A stretch of DNA of 64,000 nucleotides from contig JBNRSN020000016.1 of the NCBI GenBank assembly GCA_051313645.2, positions 92,814,001 to 92,878,000 on the forward strand. The letters run 5' to 3'. Shown piece by piece: positions 1 through 11,907 of this stretch. The stretch's first letter is position 1, and each line of letters opens with the position of its first letter. The notes under the pieces are model-generated. The model was given only the letters and a program-made list of their open reading frames with translations, had not been told where the DNA came from and ran no database searches. A program made the translations under genes and the position numbers. Source of the stretch: Centroscyllium fabricii (Eukaryota).

Positions 1-36
1 TTGTCCACCCCAGTCCAACACCGGCACCTCCACATT
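1..36 (+). mobile_element. 3' tail of a shark Penelope-like retroelement, cut by the window edge
   Basis: CACCCCAGTCCAACACCGGCACCTCCACAT resembles a common shark retroelement tail (from recall). Confidence 0.45.
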
Positions 37-109
37 ATCTTACAAAGTTGTGAGAGGTTTTCATAAAGTAAATCACGAAAAGCTGTATCGGTGCATCAGT
101 AACTAGGGG

Positions 110-442
110 ACTCACCCTCCTTATCTCTATAACCTTTTCCAGCTTTACAACCCGCCAAGATCTCTGTGCTCCTCCAATTCTGGCCTCCTGCGTATCTCTG
201 GTTTTCTTCGTTCCACCATTAGCAGTCGTGCCTTCAACTGCTTTGGCCCTAAGCTCTGGAATTCTCTCCATCTCTCTCTCCTCCTTTAAAACATTCCTTG
301 AAACCTACCCCTTTGACCAAGTTTTTGGTCACTTGCCCTAATATTTCCTTATGTGGCTCGGTGTCAAGCTTTGTTTGATAATGCCCCTGTGAAGTGCCTT
401 GGGGCGTTTTACTGCATTACAGACGTGCATGTTGTTGTTGTA
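110..442 (+). mobile_element. L2-type LINE 3' end fragment
   Basis: GCCCTAAGCTCTGGAATTCTCTCC...AAAACCTAC...GACCAAG...CCTGTGAAGTGCCTTGGG...GTTGTTGTTG, a typical L2 C-terminus and tail. Confidence 0.7.
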
Positions 443-469
443 GAGAGCATAAATTTAAGAACATCACTG

Positions 470-722
470 GCAGAATAAAGGAAGAGATTGAGAGAATATT
501 TTACTTGGCAGAAGGTTCTTAGAGAACATGGAATACCCTACCAGAAAAAGTGATGGAAGCAGGACCCATAATAGCTTTTGGAAGGGAAATGCATAAATAT
601 TTGAAAAAGAAAAATTTAAGAGTTTATGGGAGAAAGGGCAGGGGAATGAAATTTCTGAGAGCTGGCTCAGGTAGGATGGGCTGAAATGGCTTCCTTCTGT
701 GCTGTAAAACTCTATCATTTTA
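470..722 (+). mobile_element. Old, degenerate CR1 3' end
   Basis: Decayed NFFTQRV..W.LP-like coding stretch followed by the GATGGGCTGAAATGGCTTCCTTCTGTGCTGTA tail. Confidence 0.6.
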
Positions 723-2508
723 TAAAAACGCAAATGTTCAAGAGCGCTGAGTCATAAATAGAGTTGTCTGAATTGAAGTAGGTTTTGATGCATTTATGCT
801 GAGCTTCTGGCCAGGAAAAACCACTAACGCTGGGGAGTAAGTGTGTCTTCCTCCTTAAAGAAAGACCTGGTGACTCTCAAATAAGCAGACGTGGGTTGAA
901 TTTAAAAGGTATCTTTTTTATTCTGCCAAAATTTGCAGTTTTGAAAATTAAAATGAGGCTAAAGAGGACAATGCTTCTGCCACTGTAATGAGCTGCCATC
1001 TATATCTACATCCCACAGAAATGAGCTTGTAGCACTCAAATGTTTTAAAGAAAACACAAGGATCATTTTAAGTAGGTGGTAATATTAAAACTGTCTGCTG
1101 GGTAGAGTCATTTTTCAGTGTTCAATCCAGCCCCAGGTAAATCAGCAAGGAATAGCCTTTGTCTCATCCATGATTATTTCCAGTGTTTGCTATTGCGATT
1201 GACTGCTGAATTCTGTAAAAGTGAATTACTGGCTTTTTACAATTTGCATTCAGTGACAAGTGCACAGGAAGAGTTGTGTTGAGAAGCAATCTGTGTTTGT
1301 GGCTCTGACTCCAACTCCCAAATGTCCTTAACCACTGGTGAAGTTAAGCCACTTGTCCACATGGGGGTAGTGGGGGAGGGGAGGGAAGACAACTGACAAT
1401 TGGTCCAGTCCTTTACACCGACTGGTAGTGAATCAGAGTGTACTGTCGGCAACGGTCTAAGAGAGTACCTGCTTACTGGGGATTGGTGCACAACGAAGAG
1501 AGGGAGAAAACTTATTTTTTTATTTTTTTAAGAGTGTTTAAAATGTCAAATCAAAATGATTTCAATCAATATCAATTACTCATGTACACCTTGGCACAGT
1601 TGCTTTATATGTGTTGGTTAGGATGCCATTCAGTATAACATTCTGTTTTAGACCAATAATTTCAAATTCAAGCCAATTTACTTTAAAAAAAACATAATGC
1701 CCGTGACGTACAAGATTTCTTCTGGCAGGTCCAGAAATATTTTCTTTATATTTGCTGTCTTGTTGCTTGGTGCAGTGTCACAAACAACATAAGAAAGGCA
1801 CGCGTGTCAGGAACGTGCAGTGCAGTCAATTACAATTTGAAAAAGAAAATAATGAATTTAATGAATTCTCTACAGTTGGGTGGTTAAATTAACTGTTTTC
1901 AGACAGACGTGTGAAGGTTGACATTCCAAGCAATTCATTGTATTCACATGGAAGAGGACCGATGCATTCCACACCTGATTATGTACACATGCCACCTCCT
2001 GATGCAGCCTGGCAATGGAATGCAATAAAGGGGGAACATGTCTTTTGAAGAATTTTTTTTTTGCCATCATTCATGTGCTTGAAAAATGTTTTTCATTTTT
2101 ATTTTCTAATTTATGAAAAAAAAATCCGGAAACTCCTCTGGACAGCAGTTACTCTCAGGAATTTCACGCCAAGCAACAGAGCTTGAAAGATAAGTCTGAT
2201 ATCATCTGCAGACTGAGGAGCCCTCTTAAACCTGATTCGGAAGTCCTCAAAGGAAGGTGATACCAATCTGCATTGCAGATACTTATAGACCTTCTGTCCA
2301 TTTCCAGCATTTTCTTTTCACTTCAGATTTACAGCATTCACATTTTTATCTTTTTATAGCCCCAAAACATTCTTTGCTGGTTTAAATAAGTTGTGTGTGA
2401 ATTCTTACAATTGGCCGATATATAGGGCCAAGCAGCCCCCGTTTTACAGGCGCTAACCAGCCTACTAAGCCCTCAATAAGACGGGCAGGAAGCATGCGCA
2501 CATTTCAG

Positions 2509-3300
2509 AGAAACATAGAAGATAGGAGCAGGAGTAGGCCATTCGGCCCTTCAAGATCATTTAATGAGATCATGGCTGATCATCCAAATTCAGTACCTTG
2601 TCCCTGCTTTCTCCCCATATTCCTCGATCCCTTTAGCCTTAAGAAATTTATCTAACTCCTTCTTGAATATATTTAATGAATTGGCCTCAACTGCCTTCTG
2701 TGGTAGAGAATTCCACAGGTTCACCACTCTCTGGGTGAAGAAATTCCTCATCATCTCAGTCCTAAATGGCTTACCCCTTATTCTTAGACTGTGACCCCTG
2801 GTTCTGGACTCCCTGGCCATTGCGAACATTCTTTCTGCATCTAGTCTGTCCAGTCCTGTTAGAATTTTGTAAGTTTCAATGAGATCCCCTCTCATTCTTC
2901 TAAACTCCAGCAAGTATAAGCCTAATTGACCCAATCTCTCTTCATACATCATTCCTGCCATCCCAGGTATCAGTCTGGTGAATCTTCACTGCACTCCTTC
3001 CATGGCAAGAGCATCCTTCCTCAGATAAGACGACCAAAACTGCACACAATACTCAAGGTGTGGTCTCACCAAGGCCCTGTACAACTGCAGCAAGACATCC
3101 TTGTTCCTGTACTCGAATCCTCTCGCGATAAAGACCAACATACCATTTTCCGTTTTAAACGCCTGCTGCACCTGTATGCTTACCTTCAGCGACTGGTGCA
3201 CAATGACACCCAGGTCTCGTTGCACTTCCCCTTCTCCCAATCTATTGCCGTTCAGATAATAATCTGCCTTCCTGTTTTTGACACCAAAGTGGATAACCTC
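2509..3300 (-). mobile_element. CR1 LINE 5'-truncated copy (RT C-terminus and tail) inside the Harbinger
   Basis: ORFs RDLGVIV...LVRPHLEYCVQFW and RRMRGDLIETYKI...NFFTQRVVNLWNSLP, with a (TTCTATGT)-type tail. Confidence 0.93.
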
Positions 3301-4047
3301 CGGCTAATTTCCGGCTGGAAGTGCGCAGCCCGCTATATTGGAAAAAGAAAAAAAATGATGTGTAGTGCCCACGCTGGAAGTAGGCATTAGACCCGGTGCA
3401 TATGCCACAACCACTACAAGAATGGTTGGCTCTGAAGCACTTCAGTAAAACCATACCTTGGAATCGTCTGCTACCAAAAAGGGAAGTTTTTGAAATTTAC
3501 GTACCTGAAGGTAGAGCTGGAAGGAGCAGGAGCTGCATCCCCCTTCCTCCTGATCACCACTATCTGCACCCCCCCCAATGCCCACCCCCCACCCACCCCG
3601 CGCCGATCACTCCTGCTCCACCCGACCCAGCCTCCAATTCCTCTCACCGGCCTCCTATCTCCCAACCCCTGCTTACCTGAGGGCCGCTGCGATGCCCGAT
3701 CTTAGTATACTCTTAACTGGCTTACTGTGCTCCATGATGGCTTCAACTCAGATGTTGATGCCCCTGAGAAACCATCTAACAACAGAGGAAGGTTATGGGC
3801 TGCAAGCCTGTTCCATATCTGCCATCTGTACCCGCAAGGAGAGTGTCCGATACAGCTTTAGCACAATGAAAGAGTATGTGCAAAAGAGCAATGGTTGTGT
3901 ACAGTACTTGAAATGATACATCCCAGAGGGTGTGCGAGTGCCTACTGTAAGTTTGCGTCAGAGCTTTGTGAACTTTACAAGAAACATGAATAAAAGTATG
4001 GAGCAAACGTCTTCCTCATTTGCAACAGGTGCAAGGGGCATGGGTGA

Positions 4048-4089
4048 TAGAAACATAGAAACTAGGAGCAGGAGTAGGCCAGTAGGCCA
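4048..4089 (-). mobile_element. Very short CR1/HE1 tail fragment
   Basis: TAGAAACATAGAAACTAGGAGCAGGAGTAGGCCA matches the tails at 24602 and 22430. Confidence 0.7.
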
Positions 4090-5365
4090 GAGATGGCAGT
4101 GATTTAATTGGCACCCTTCCTCCAAGCAGCCTACAGCTGTGATTTAACTGGAGGGTGGTCTTCAGCTCCAAGTAAGGTCACTCTCATTTGGGGCACCACT
4201 TTGCAGTCGAATCTCCTTCTGATGCAGGCAACAAGCCAACTTCGTGCTGCCTGCTCATTAGCATGTTTGCAGCATGCAGCCAGTGCTAAGCACACTGTTG
4301 AGTGGCTGCATGCCTCAGTAGGGGAGCCCACAATTGTGAGATGCTAGCACCACTTCGCCTGCACTACTCAAAGCCAGTCTGCACCTTTTAAAAGCAGTGC
4401 ATTGTGGCTGAAGTAGGTGGTGGAAGCTGTTGTGGAACTCATTCTGATGTGAAAAAGGACGGAATAACGGCACAACATGGGAGAGCGTGGACTCCAAGAT
4501 TTTCTGATGCTGCACTGGAGACCTTGGCGGAGGAGGTGGAGAGGAGGAGAGATGTGCTCTATCCACAGGAGGCCAGGAGGCCCTTCAGACAAATGCTCAG
4601 AAGGCAGTGGGACCAGATAGACGTGGCAGTCAATGCCAGGAGTCAAGCCCTGGATGCAGTGCCACAAGAAGTTCAATGACCTCACATGAGTGGTCAAGAT
4701 CAGTAAATGTATCTTCAAATGCTATATCCCACAAACTGCACCACCTCAGCCATTGCTCAATGCACACAACCCCATCACTCACCTACCAACAATCTCTATT
4801 AAACAAGACTCATACTTAACATCTATAGTTGCACCTCACCCTCACACACTTTGCACTGCTGCAAGCCTCAAACTCACATCTCTCAGCTTGCACACACTGC
4901 CAGCTATTCAACTGTGACAGCCACACCATACAAACAGATTGCACTACACTCACTGACGCACTTCCCTCTCTGTTGCAGGACAAGGTGGCACACAACCGGA
5001 GACAGCAGTCACTGGGGTAAGTGTTACGCAGATGCCAGCTTGCCAGAGGGTGAGGTCGCACATGAGTTCTACGGCAGAGGACTCAGATGAGCACTTTAAT
5101 GGGGTGGGCTGAAGAAGGCGGCCTGACAGAAAGTCTGCGTGCAATGTCAAGGAGCATGGATGAGTCCGGTGCCAACTTTGCACAGGGCTTTGTGCAGAGC
5201 CCATCCTTTCCAGTATGGAAGTGGTGGCCAACTCCATTAGCACACTTGTGGACTCAACCATGATGCAGAGTCTGATGGCTATTGTCTCGGTTTCCACTGC
5301 AGCACAAGCAGAAGCCACCCAACGTCTGAGTGCTGCAGTGGAAGTTTAGATTTCTGTGATGCAAG

Positions 5366-5682
5366 TGTGGGGAACTGAAGGTTTCCCACTTTTAAATATC
5401 AAAGAATTAGAGGTAAACAGCGGAGTAAACTGGACATGTTTTTATTCATTAACAGCTACAACGAACTACAGCTGGTGGCGCCAAACGGCAGGAAACCATG
5501 TGACCCGTGAGTGACAGCGCTATGGGCCTATTAGGTTCCGTGCCCGTTGATTCGATGGGCCAATTTGGCAACGGGGGCGGGACCAACCTACCAAAGGGGC
5601 TTCTGTCTTAAAGGGAGGTCGGCTGTCCCAGGCTACTGCCTTAAAGGGAGACAGGCGTGCCTCCCTGGGTAGTTACACTACA
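5366..5682 (-). repeat. Gypsy 3' LTR (317 bp)
   Basis: Direct repeat of 9500-10092. Preceded on the minus strand by the purine tract GAGGATTCTGGGGGGGCGTG. Confidence 0.95.
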
Positions 5683-8600
5683 CACGCCCCCCCAGAATCC
5701 TCAAACACGTGGTATGTTAACCGCTGAGGAGGGACGACACAGCGACCGGAGCGGGTGTGGTAAGGCGCACGTGCGGAGGGCAAGACAAGAGGGTTGTCGA
5801 CTGGACCCGGCGACCACGGTGCTGCAGGGGCCGGGGGAGGCGAGGCAGGTGGATCGCCCGTGGGACTGAAAGGCGATAGCGCCGTAGGTGCCCGAGGAAG
5901 CAAGGTTGGAGGCGAGGCGAGCAGAGGAGCCGCACCCGGGGGCGTGACAACTAAGGTGTCAACCGGGGGCTCGCTAAAGAAAAAGACGGGCTCCTGATTA
6001 GGAGCGGGAAAATGATGCTCCTGTGAGGTGGGGTCCAAATGAGCCGGTTTGAGGTGGTCAATGGACACACGGTCCTGCCGGTCCCCGACCTCAAGGAGAA
6101 AAGACTTGTCCCCAGCCTGCAAAACTCGAAAAGGGCCCATGTACGGTGCCTGTAAAGACGATCTGTGGGTGTCACGATGCACAAAGACAAATTGAGCCCG
6201 GTGGAGCTCGTTGGGGACATGAGACGGTTGCGCGCCATGCCGAGAGGTAGGCACTGGGAGGAAACGAAGCACCGCGTCATTATGCCGGGCAAGTTGCTCC
6301 CTGGCGGACCAGTGTTCCGTGGTGGAGCGGAGAAATTCCCCAGGGATGCGTAGGGGCTGTCCAAAAACAAGTTCGGCAGACGAAGTGCCGAGGCCGTCTT
6401 TGGGGGCCGAGCGCAGACCAAGCAAGACCCAAGGGAGCCTGTCTAGCCAATTCGCGTCCACCAGGCTAGCCCTGAGCGAGGCCTTGAGGGCGCGGTGAAA
6501 GCATTCACAAATGCCGTTGGCCTGCGGGTGATATGCAGTGGTGCGGTGCACCTGTGTACCCAAGTTGGCGGCCATGGCATTCCAGAGCTGGGAAGTGAAT
6601 TGCGGGCCCCTGTCGGAAGTAATGTCTGACGGTACGCCGAACCGGGCTACCCAAGAAAAAATGAAGGCACGTGCCAAGTCAGCTGCCGTGGTGGAGGCTA
6701 AGGGGACAACCTCTGCCCACCTCGTGGTGCGGTCGACGACCGTAATAAGATGGGTGAAACCCTGTGACGGGTGCAATGGGCCGACCAGGTCCACGTGGAC
6801 ATGGTCGAAGCGCCGTTCAGGTACAGAAAAATCGTGCAAAGGGGCCTTAGTGTGTTTATGAATCTTCGCGCGCTGACAGGCTTGACAGGTGTTGGTCCAG
6901 TCACGCACATCCTTGTGTAACCCGGGCCAAACAAATTTGGTTGACATGAGCTTCTGTGAAGCTCACATACCAGGGTGCGAGAGAACGTGGACCAAGTCAA
7001 AAATGCGTCTACGCCAGGAGGCGGGTACTAAGGGCCTAGGTGTGGGCACGGACACGTCACACAAAAGTGTGGTGCCCGCAGTGTGAAAATGGACATCAGC
7101 CAACTGGAGGCTGGTGGATGCGGAACGGAGAGCTTGCAGATCTGTGGCCTGCCACTGAGCATGTGCCATTTCGGCATAGTCGACGCCCACGTGCACTGCC
7201 TGTAGGGAAGGATGAGAGAGGCAGTCTGCCACGACATTGTCCTTGCCAGACACGTGGCGGATATCAGTGGTGAATTCTGACACGAAGTTTAAATGACGCT
7301 GTTGCCGTCCGGACCAAGGCTCTGCAACCTTGGACATCGCGAAAGCGAGGGGCTTATGGTCTACATAGGCTGTAAAAGGACGACCCTCTAAAAGAAAGCG
7401 GAAATGGCGCACAGCGAGAAAAAGAGCTAACCGTTCCCTGTCAAAGGTATTGTATGAGAGTTCATTTTTCCTCAACTGCCGGCTAAAAAAGGCTAGGGGC
7501 TGCCAACAACCGTCCACCCACTGCTGCTGAACGGCGCCAATTGCGTAATCGGAGGCATCCGTTGTCAGCGACAGTGGGGCATCTGGAACGGGGTGAACCA
7601 GTAAGCTGGCCTCCGACAGGGCCGCCTTAGCCAGGCAGAAAGCCTGAACCATGTCGGCGGACCACTGGAGAGGATCCTTTCTGGTCTTACCCCTAGTAGC
7701 CTCATAAAGGGGGCGCATGATGAAGGCTGCCCGGGGAATAAACCTGTGGTAGAAATTAACCATCCCCAGGAATTCCTGGAGGGACTAAACCACCTTAGGT
7801 TGGGGGAAATCCGCAACCGCCTGTACCTTGGAGCGCAAGGGAATAGCTCCCACCGGGGAGATATAGTGTCCCAGGAAATCGATTGTAGGGAGGCCGAATT
7901 GGCACTTGGTAGGGTTGACAATCATGGCCCATGCTGGGCCAATTGTTGAAGAGAGAGCGCAGGTGTAGCACATGTTGAGACTCGCTCGCGCTTACAAGTA
8001 AAATATCGTCCAGGTATACAAACAAAAAATCTAAGTCTCTCAAAACAGTGTCCATCAGTCGCTGAAAAGCTTGCGCTGCGTTCTTCAGTCCAAAAGGCAT
8101 GCGTAGAAACTCGTACAGTCCAAATGGTGTAATGACAGCAGTTTTTTGGATGTCATCAGAGTGGACGGGGACCTGGTGGTACCCATGCACGAGGTCAACC
8201 TTGGAAAAAATGGTGGTGCCAGCCAAACGGGCCAAGAAATCCTGGATGTGGGGTACTGGGTACCTGTCCGGTGTGGTAGCCTCATTGAGGCATCGATAGT
8301 CCCCGCACGGTCGCCAACCTCCTCCGGGTTTGGGGACAATATGGAGCGGGGATGACCACGGGCTGTTGGAAGGCCTAACGATGCCGAACTTCTGCATTGC
8401 TGAAAATTCCTGTTTGGCTACGGCCAACTTGGTAGGGTCGAGGCGTCTGGCTTGTGCGAAGACTGGCGGACCGGTGGTCAAAATATGGTGCAAAACGCCG
8501 TGCTTAGTAGCTCCTTCCGAGAAAGTCGGTTGTGTGATGACGGGGAATTCGGCCAGGAGGCTTGTGTACTTATCGCTGGGCGGCGGGGAGCAAGAGCTCA

Positions 8601-9499
8601 CGAGTGGGCCATCGCTACTCTGACGGGAGCGATGTGAAAATGGATGCATCCATCAGGCGCTTGCCGCGGACGTCGACCAATAGGCCGTGTGCACAGAGGA
8701 AGTCTGCCCCCAATAATGAGTGTGCAACATTTGCAATAACGAAGTCCCATGTGAAGCGTTGTTCGCCTTTCATAATTTCTGCCCGCCTCTTGCCAAACGG
8801 GGTGATGGACGCGCCATTGACTGCAACGAGGGGTGGGCCCGTGTGGCCAGACCGTCGTTCGGTACGCGTGGCCGGTAAAATGCTAAGTTGGGCCCCAGTG
8901 TCGCAGAGAAATTTGCGGTTTGATAAAACGTCGGTGAGGTAGAGTAGGCGGCCTACTGTGCCTATGGCATTAGCAGCAGCTGGATCCTGGCGACGTTGCG
9001 GTTTAGGAGAGCATGGTTTACGTCGGCTCTCCTTGTTGTCAAAGGCACAGGGTGTTCGACAGCGGTTGGCCTTCGCACTGAAGCGCGCATGATAGAAGCA
9101 GAGCTCTGGTTGCGGGCGGGGCGTTGGCTACTGTGCAGGAGTTGGGGGCTTTGCGGTGGCACACTTGGAGGGTGCGCATTGACATACCCGATCCGCTGCG
9201 CCTGCCAGTTCTGCGTAGTCATCGTTGTGAACGTTTGCCAACGCAGATTGCACGGGTTGGGGCAGTAAGCTGACGAAGAGTGCCCGGAATAAAGGGCAGT
9301 TTCTGTGGTCGCCCAGCAGGGCAAGCATGGTCGAAGAATCGCCTAACATCGGGAGTTCCAGTAGTTGTCGGGCCCGAACGGCCTCAGGTAGGTCGTGGGC
9401 CTGCAGCAAACATTTGTTAAGGGTGGCGTACCTGTCAACTGTTGGCGGGTCGCGAAGCAGGTCGATGATGTCGGCAGCCACATGACTCGGTCGGGCCGC
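5673..9499 (-). pseudogene. Gypsy gag-pol with several frameshifts and a deleted gag N-terminus
   Basis: ORF segments 9128-9499 (gag), ~8620-9110 (CHCC box and protease), 7795-8649 (RT), 6963-7763 (RNase H) and 5673-6947 (integrase, with its stop inside the LTR). Confidence 0.9.
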
Positions 9500-9893
9500 A
9501 ACTGAATGTTTCCCACTTTTAAATATCAAAGAATTAGAGGTAAACAGTGGAGTAAACTGGAACACGTCTTTATTCATTAACAACTACAATGAACTACTGC
9601 TGGTGGTGCCAAACGGCAGGATACCATGAGTGACAGGGCCACTGGCAAGGCTTGGAAGCTAAGCAGAGCCAGGCCTGGTTAGTACTTGGAGGGGCGACCA
9701 CCAGGGAATACCAGGTGCAGAAGGTCACGAAAGGAGCCCCGGGGAGGGGCGGTTGGCTGAAGATTGTCGGAATGATGGAAAGATGGAATGGCGGCGCGCA
9801 CAGACGCAGCGGCTTTGCTGGACTCTTGGGAGCTTGCAAGATCACATTTCGTTGTTCATGTACTTGTACATTGTATAATGACAATAAAGTTGA

Positions 9894-9925
<32 letters not shown>

Positions 9926-10092
9926 GGGCCTATTAAGGTCTGTGCCCGTTGATTCTATGGGCCAATGTGGCCAATGTGGCAATGGGGGCGGGACCAACCT
10001 ACCAAAGGGATTCTGTCTTAAAGGGAGGTCGGCTGTCCCAGGCTACTGCCTTAAAGGGAGACAGGCATGCCTCCCTGGGTAGTTACGCTACA
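9500..10092 (-). repeat. Gypsy 5' LTR, lacking its inner 7 bp and interrupted by a SINE
   Basis: Aligns to 5373-5682 apart from an insert at ~9633-9925 and small indels. Confidence 0.93.
9633..9925 (+). mobile_element. 5S rRNA-derived SINE (SINE3 type), copy 1, 5'-truncated
   Basis: GGAAGCTAAGCAGAGCCAGGCCTGGTTAGTACTTGGAGGGGCGACCACCAGGGAATACCAGGTGC corresponds to the 5S box A/IE/box C region. Then a unique body and the tail ...TGTATAATGACAATAAAGTTGA(ATT)n. Confidence 0.9.
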
Positions 10093-10386
10093 CAAGGTCC
10101 GCTTGCTGTCATCATGGCTGCGGATACCAGTGTTGAAAGGGGCTTCCAGGGTGACACAGCAGTCCAGCAATCTGCCCTCCAACAGATTACTAGGATTGCT
10201 GAGGCACCATCCTGGGAGAGTAGGAATGGCAGTAGCTCCGTGGAGCATGAACCTGTTGTCCTCTCTCAGGGTGACAGCATTTGTCCTCCCAGCCCTGCCA
10301 ATCTGCCAGTGCCCTTGCTGTTGCCTGTCAGCCACCCAGCCCAGACTGCTGCCGCCCATGCTGAGATGGTGCAGTCCGAAGCTGGG

Positions 10387-10446
10387 CCTTCTAGACCTAG
10401 AGCTGCTCGAGATCGGCCTTCTAGACCTAGAGCTGCTCGAGATCAT
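10387..10446 (+). repeat. 30-bp tandem duplication
   Basis: GCCTTCTAGACCTAGAGCTGCTCGAGATC occurs twice. Confidence 0.85.
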
Positions 10447-10767
10447 CCTTCAAGCCCATCTGCAGTCTCCCTTGCTGAATGTCAGCAGTCTTCCACCAGC
10501 CATGCTGCAGCCACTGGGGTAGCACTGCATAGAAACTCAGGCAAAGGCACACAGAAGACAGGCACTAAGGGAATTTACAAGGGTAATTGGGTGATTAATT
10601 GATATTTGTATGCAATATGGCATGCTTTGATTTAAGAACTTGATTTGGAATGTTTATTTTCTGTTGGCTTTTATTTTTGCATTGTGGCCAAGCGGATGCT
10701 GTGATGGTCAGTAACAAAGGGAAGGTAATGTGTGGGACTGTAGGTGAATGGAGAATTGGGGTTGCAT

Positions 10768-11907
10768 TTACTGGCATCGCAATGGGATGAGTTGTTCATG
10801 GACAGCTTGTCCAGAAAATGGCAGTCTAGGTTGCCTCCTCCCTTCCTCTTCCTCCACCTCCTCCTCCTGCTCCTCAGCTGCTCGCTGTATAGCTGGTGGC
10901 AAGGGCTATGCCCTCATGATGGCAAGGTTGTGCAGCATGCAGCAGACCACCACAAATCTTGACACCAGCTCTGCTGAGTACTGCACGGCTCCTCCAGAGT
11001 TGTCCAGGCAGTGGAAGCGTTGTTTCAGCTTGCCAATTGTATGCTCTATGGCATTTTGTGTGGCAGCATGGCTTTTGTGGTATGAATGCTGCCCATGTGT
11101 GTGTGGGTTGCTCACCGGAGTCATGAGCCATGTCGTCAAGGGATAGCCAACCTCTGGTTTGTCATCGTGGCTCAAATGCAGATGGCGCAGTGGACTGCCA
11201 CAATATGAAGGCATCATGACTGCTGCCAGGATACCGGGCATTGACCTGCATGATTCGCTGACTATGGTCACACACCAGCTGGACGTTGAGGGAGTGGAAT
11301 CCCTTTCAGCTGCGGTACATGGCAGAGTTGAAATGCGGTGCCCACAAAGCGACATATGTTCAGTCAATGGCACCCTGCACCATGGGGAAGCCTGCAATCA
11401 TCGCGAAGCCGTGTGCTCTCTCCACCTGCTGCTCTCTGGCAAGAGAGAATGAAATGTCTTCAGCTCTCTTTGAATACAGAGCCTCAGTGACCTCTCTAAC
11501 TCAACAGTGGATGGCAATCTGTGAAATGTTGAAAATATCTCCAGCTCCAGCCTGGAAGGAGCCCAACGCATAAAAGTTCATGGCCACGGTCACCTTCACA
11601 GCCACTGGCAATGTGGTCCTCGCCCTGCTCTGAGGCTGTGGCTGCAGCAGGTGGCAAATTTCAGTGAGGACATCCTTACTGAAGAACAGACATCTGACAA
11701 AATGTTCCTCGCTGAGGTTCAGGTAGGAGAATTGCTCCCTTAACACCCTGGGCGGATATGGCCTCCTGCTGAGAGCTCATTCCCCCCCTCGTCCCACCCC
11801 CACCCCCCCCTCCTCCCTCGTCCAGCAGATTGCCCTGCTTTGTGTCACCTCTGTTCATTCTCAAAGTTATGCTGTATTCCAAGGGGAATTCTTACTAGTG
11901 CACCCAT
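10768..11907 (-). pseudogene. Harbinger (HARBI1-like DDE) transposase remnant
   Basis: Motifs [62 protein letters not shown] and CCMLHNL spread over several frames, with an in-frame stop next to the first catalytic Asp. Confidence 0.9.

Larger units (their letters stand above)
5366..10092 (-). mobile_element. Ty3/Gypsy LTR retrotransposon, CsRn1-like clade, near full length but defective
   Basis: TG...CA outer termini and 4-bp TSD CAAG (5362-5365 and 10093-10096). Gag CHCC box (CFYHARFSAKANRCRTPC), protease FLCDTGA, RT YLDD, RNase H TDAS, integrase with GPF motif, and a PPT next to the 3' LTR. Confidence 0.95.
4466..10600 (+). pseudogene. Harbinger Myb/SANT-like (NAIF1-type) DNA-binding gene remnant, split by the Gypsy insertion
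   Basis: PRFSDAALETLAEEVERRRDVLYP...W.QI...VNA then, after a frameshift, WMQCHKKFNDL. Intron ~4697-4978 ends CTGTTGCAG. Coding-like sequence continues on both sides of the LTR element. Contains stops and frameshifts. Confidence 0.75.

Noticed and set aside
9655-9722. Functional 5S rRNA gene
   Set aside because: The 5' ~45 nt of 5S are absent, there is no poly-T terminator after the 5S part, and it is fused to a SINE body and tail.
9757-9785. Hammerhead-like CTGAAGA...GAAA in the SINE3 body
   Set aside because: Stem II would be mostly wobble or mismatched pairs, and I could not build stems I and III or a cleavage site.
9652-9936. Recurring small ORFs (YQVQKVTKGAPGRGGWLKIVGMMERW) as a small-protein family
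   Set aside because: They are incidental frames in the three SINE3 copies, with inconsistent starts and stops.
10768-11907. Domesticated host HARBI1 (and NAIF1 at 4466)
   Set aside because: Multiple stops and frameshifts and a transposon-like convergent arrangement show these are TE remnants.
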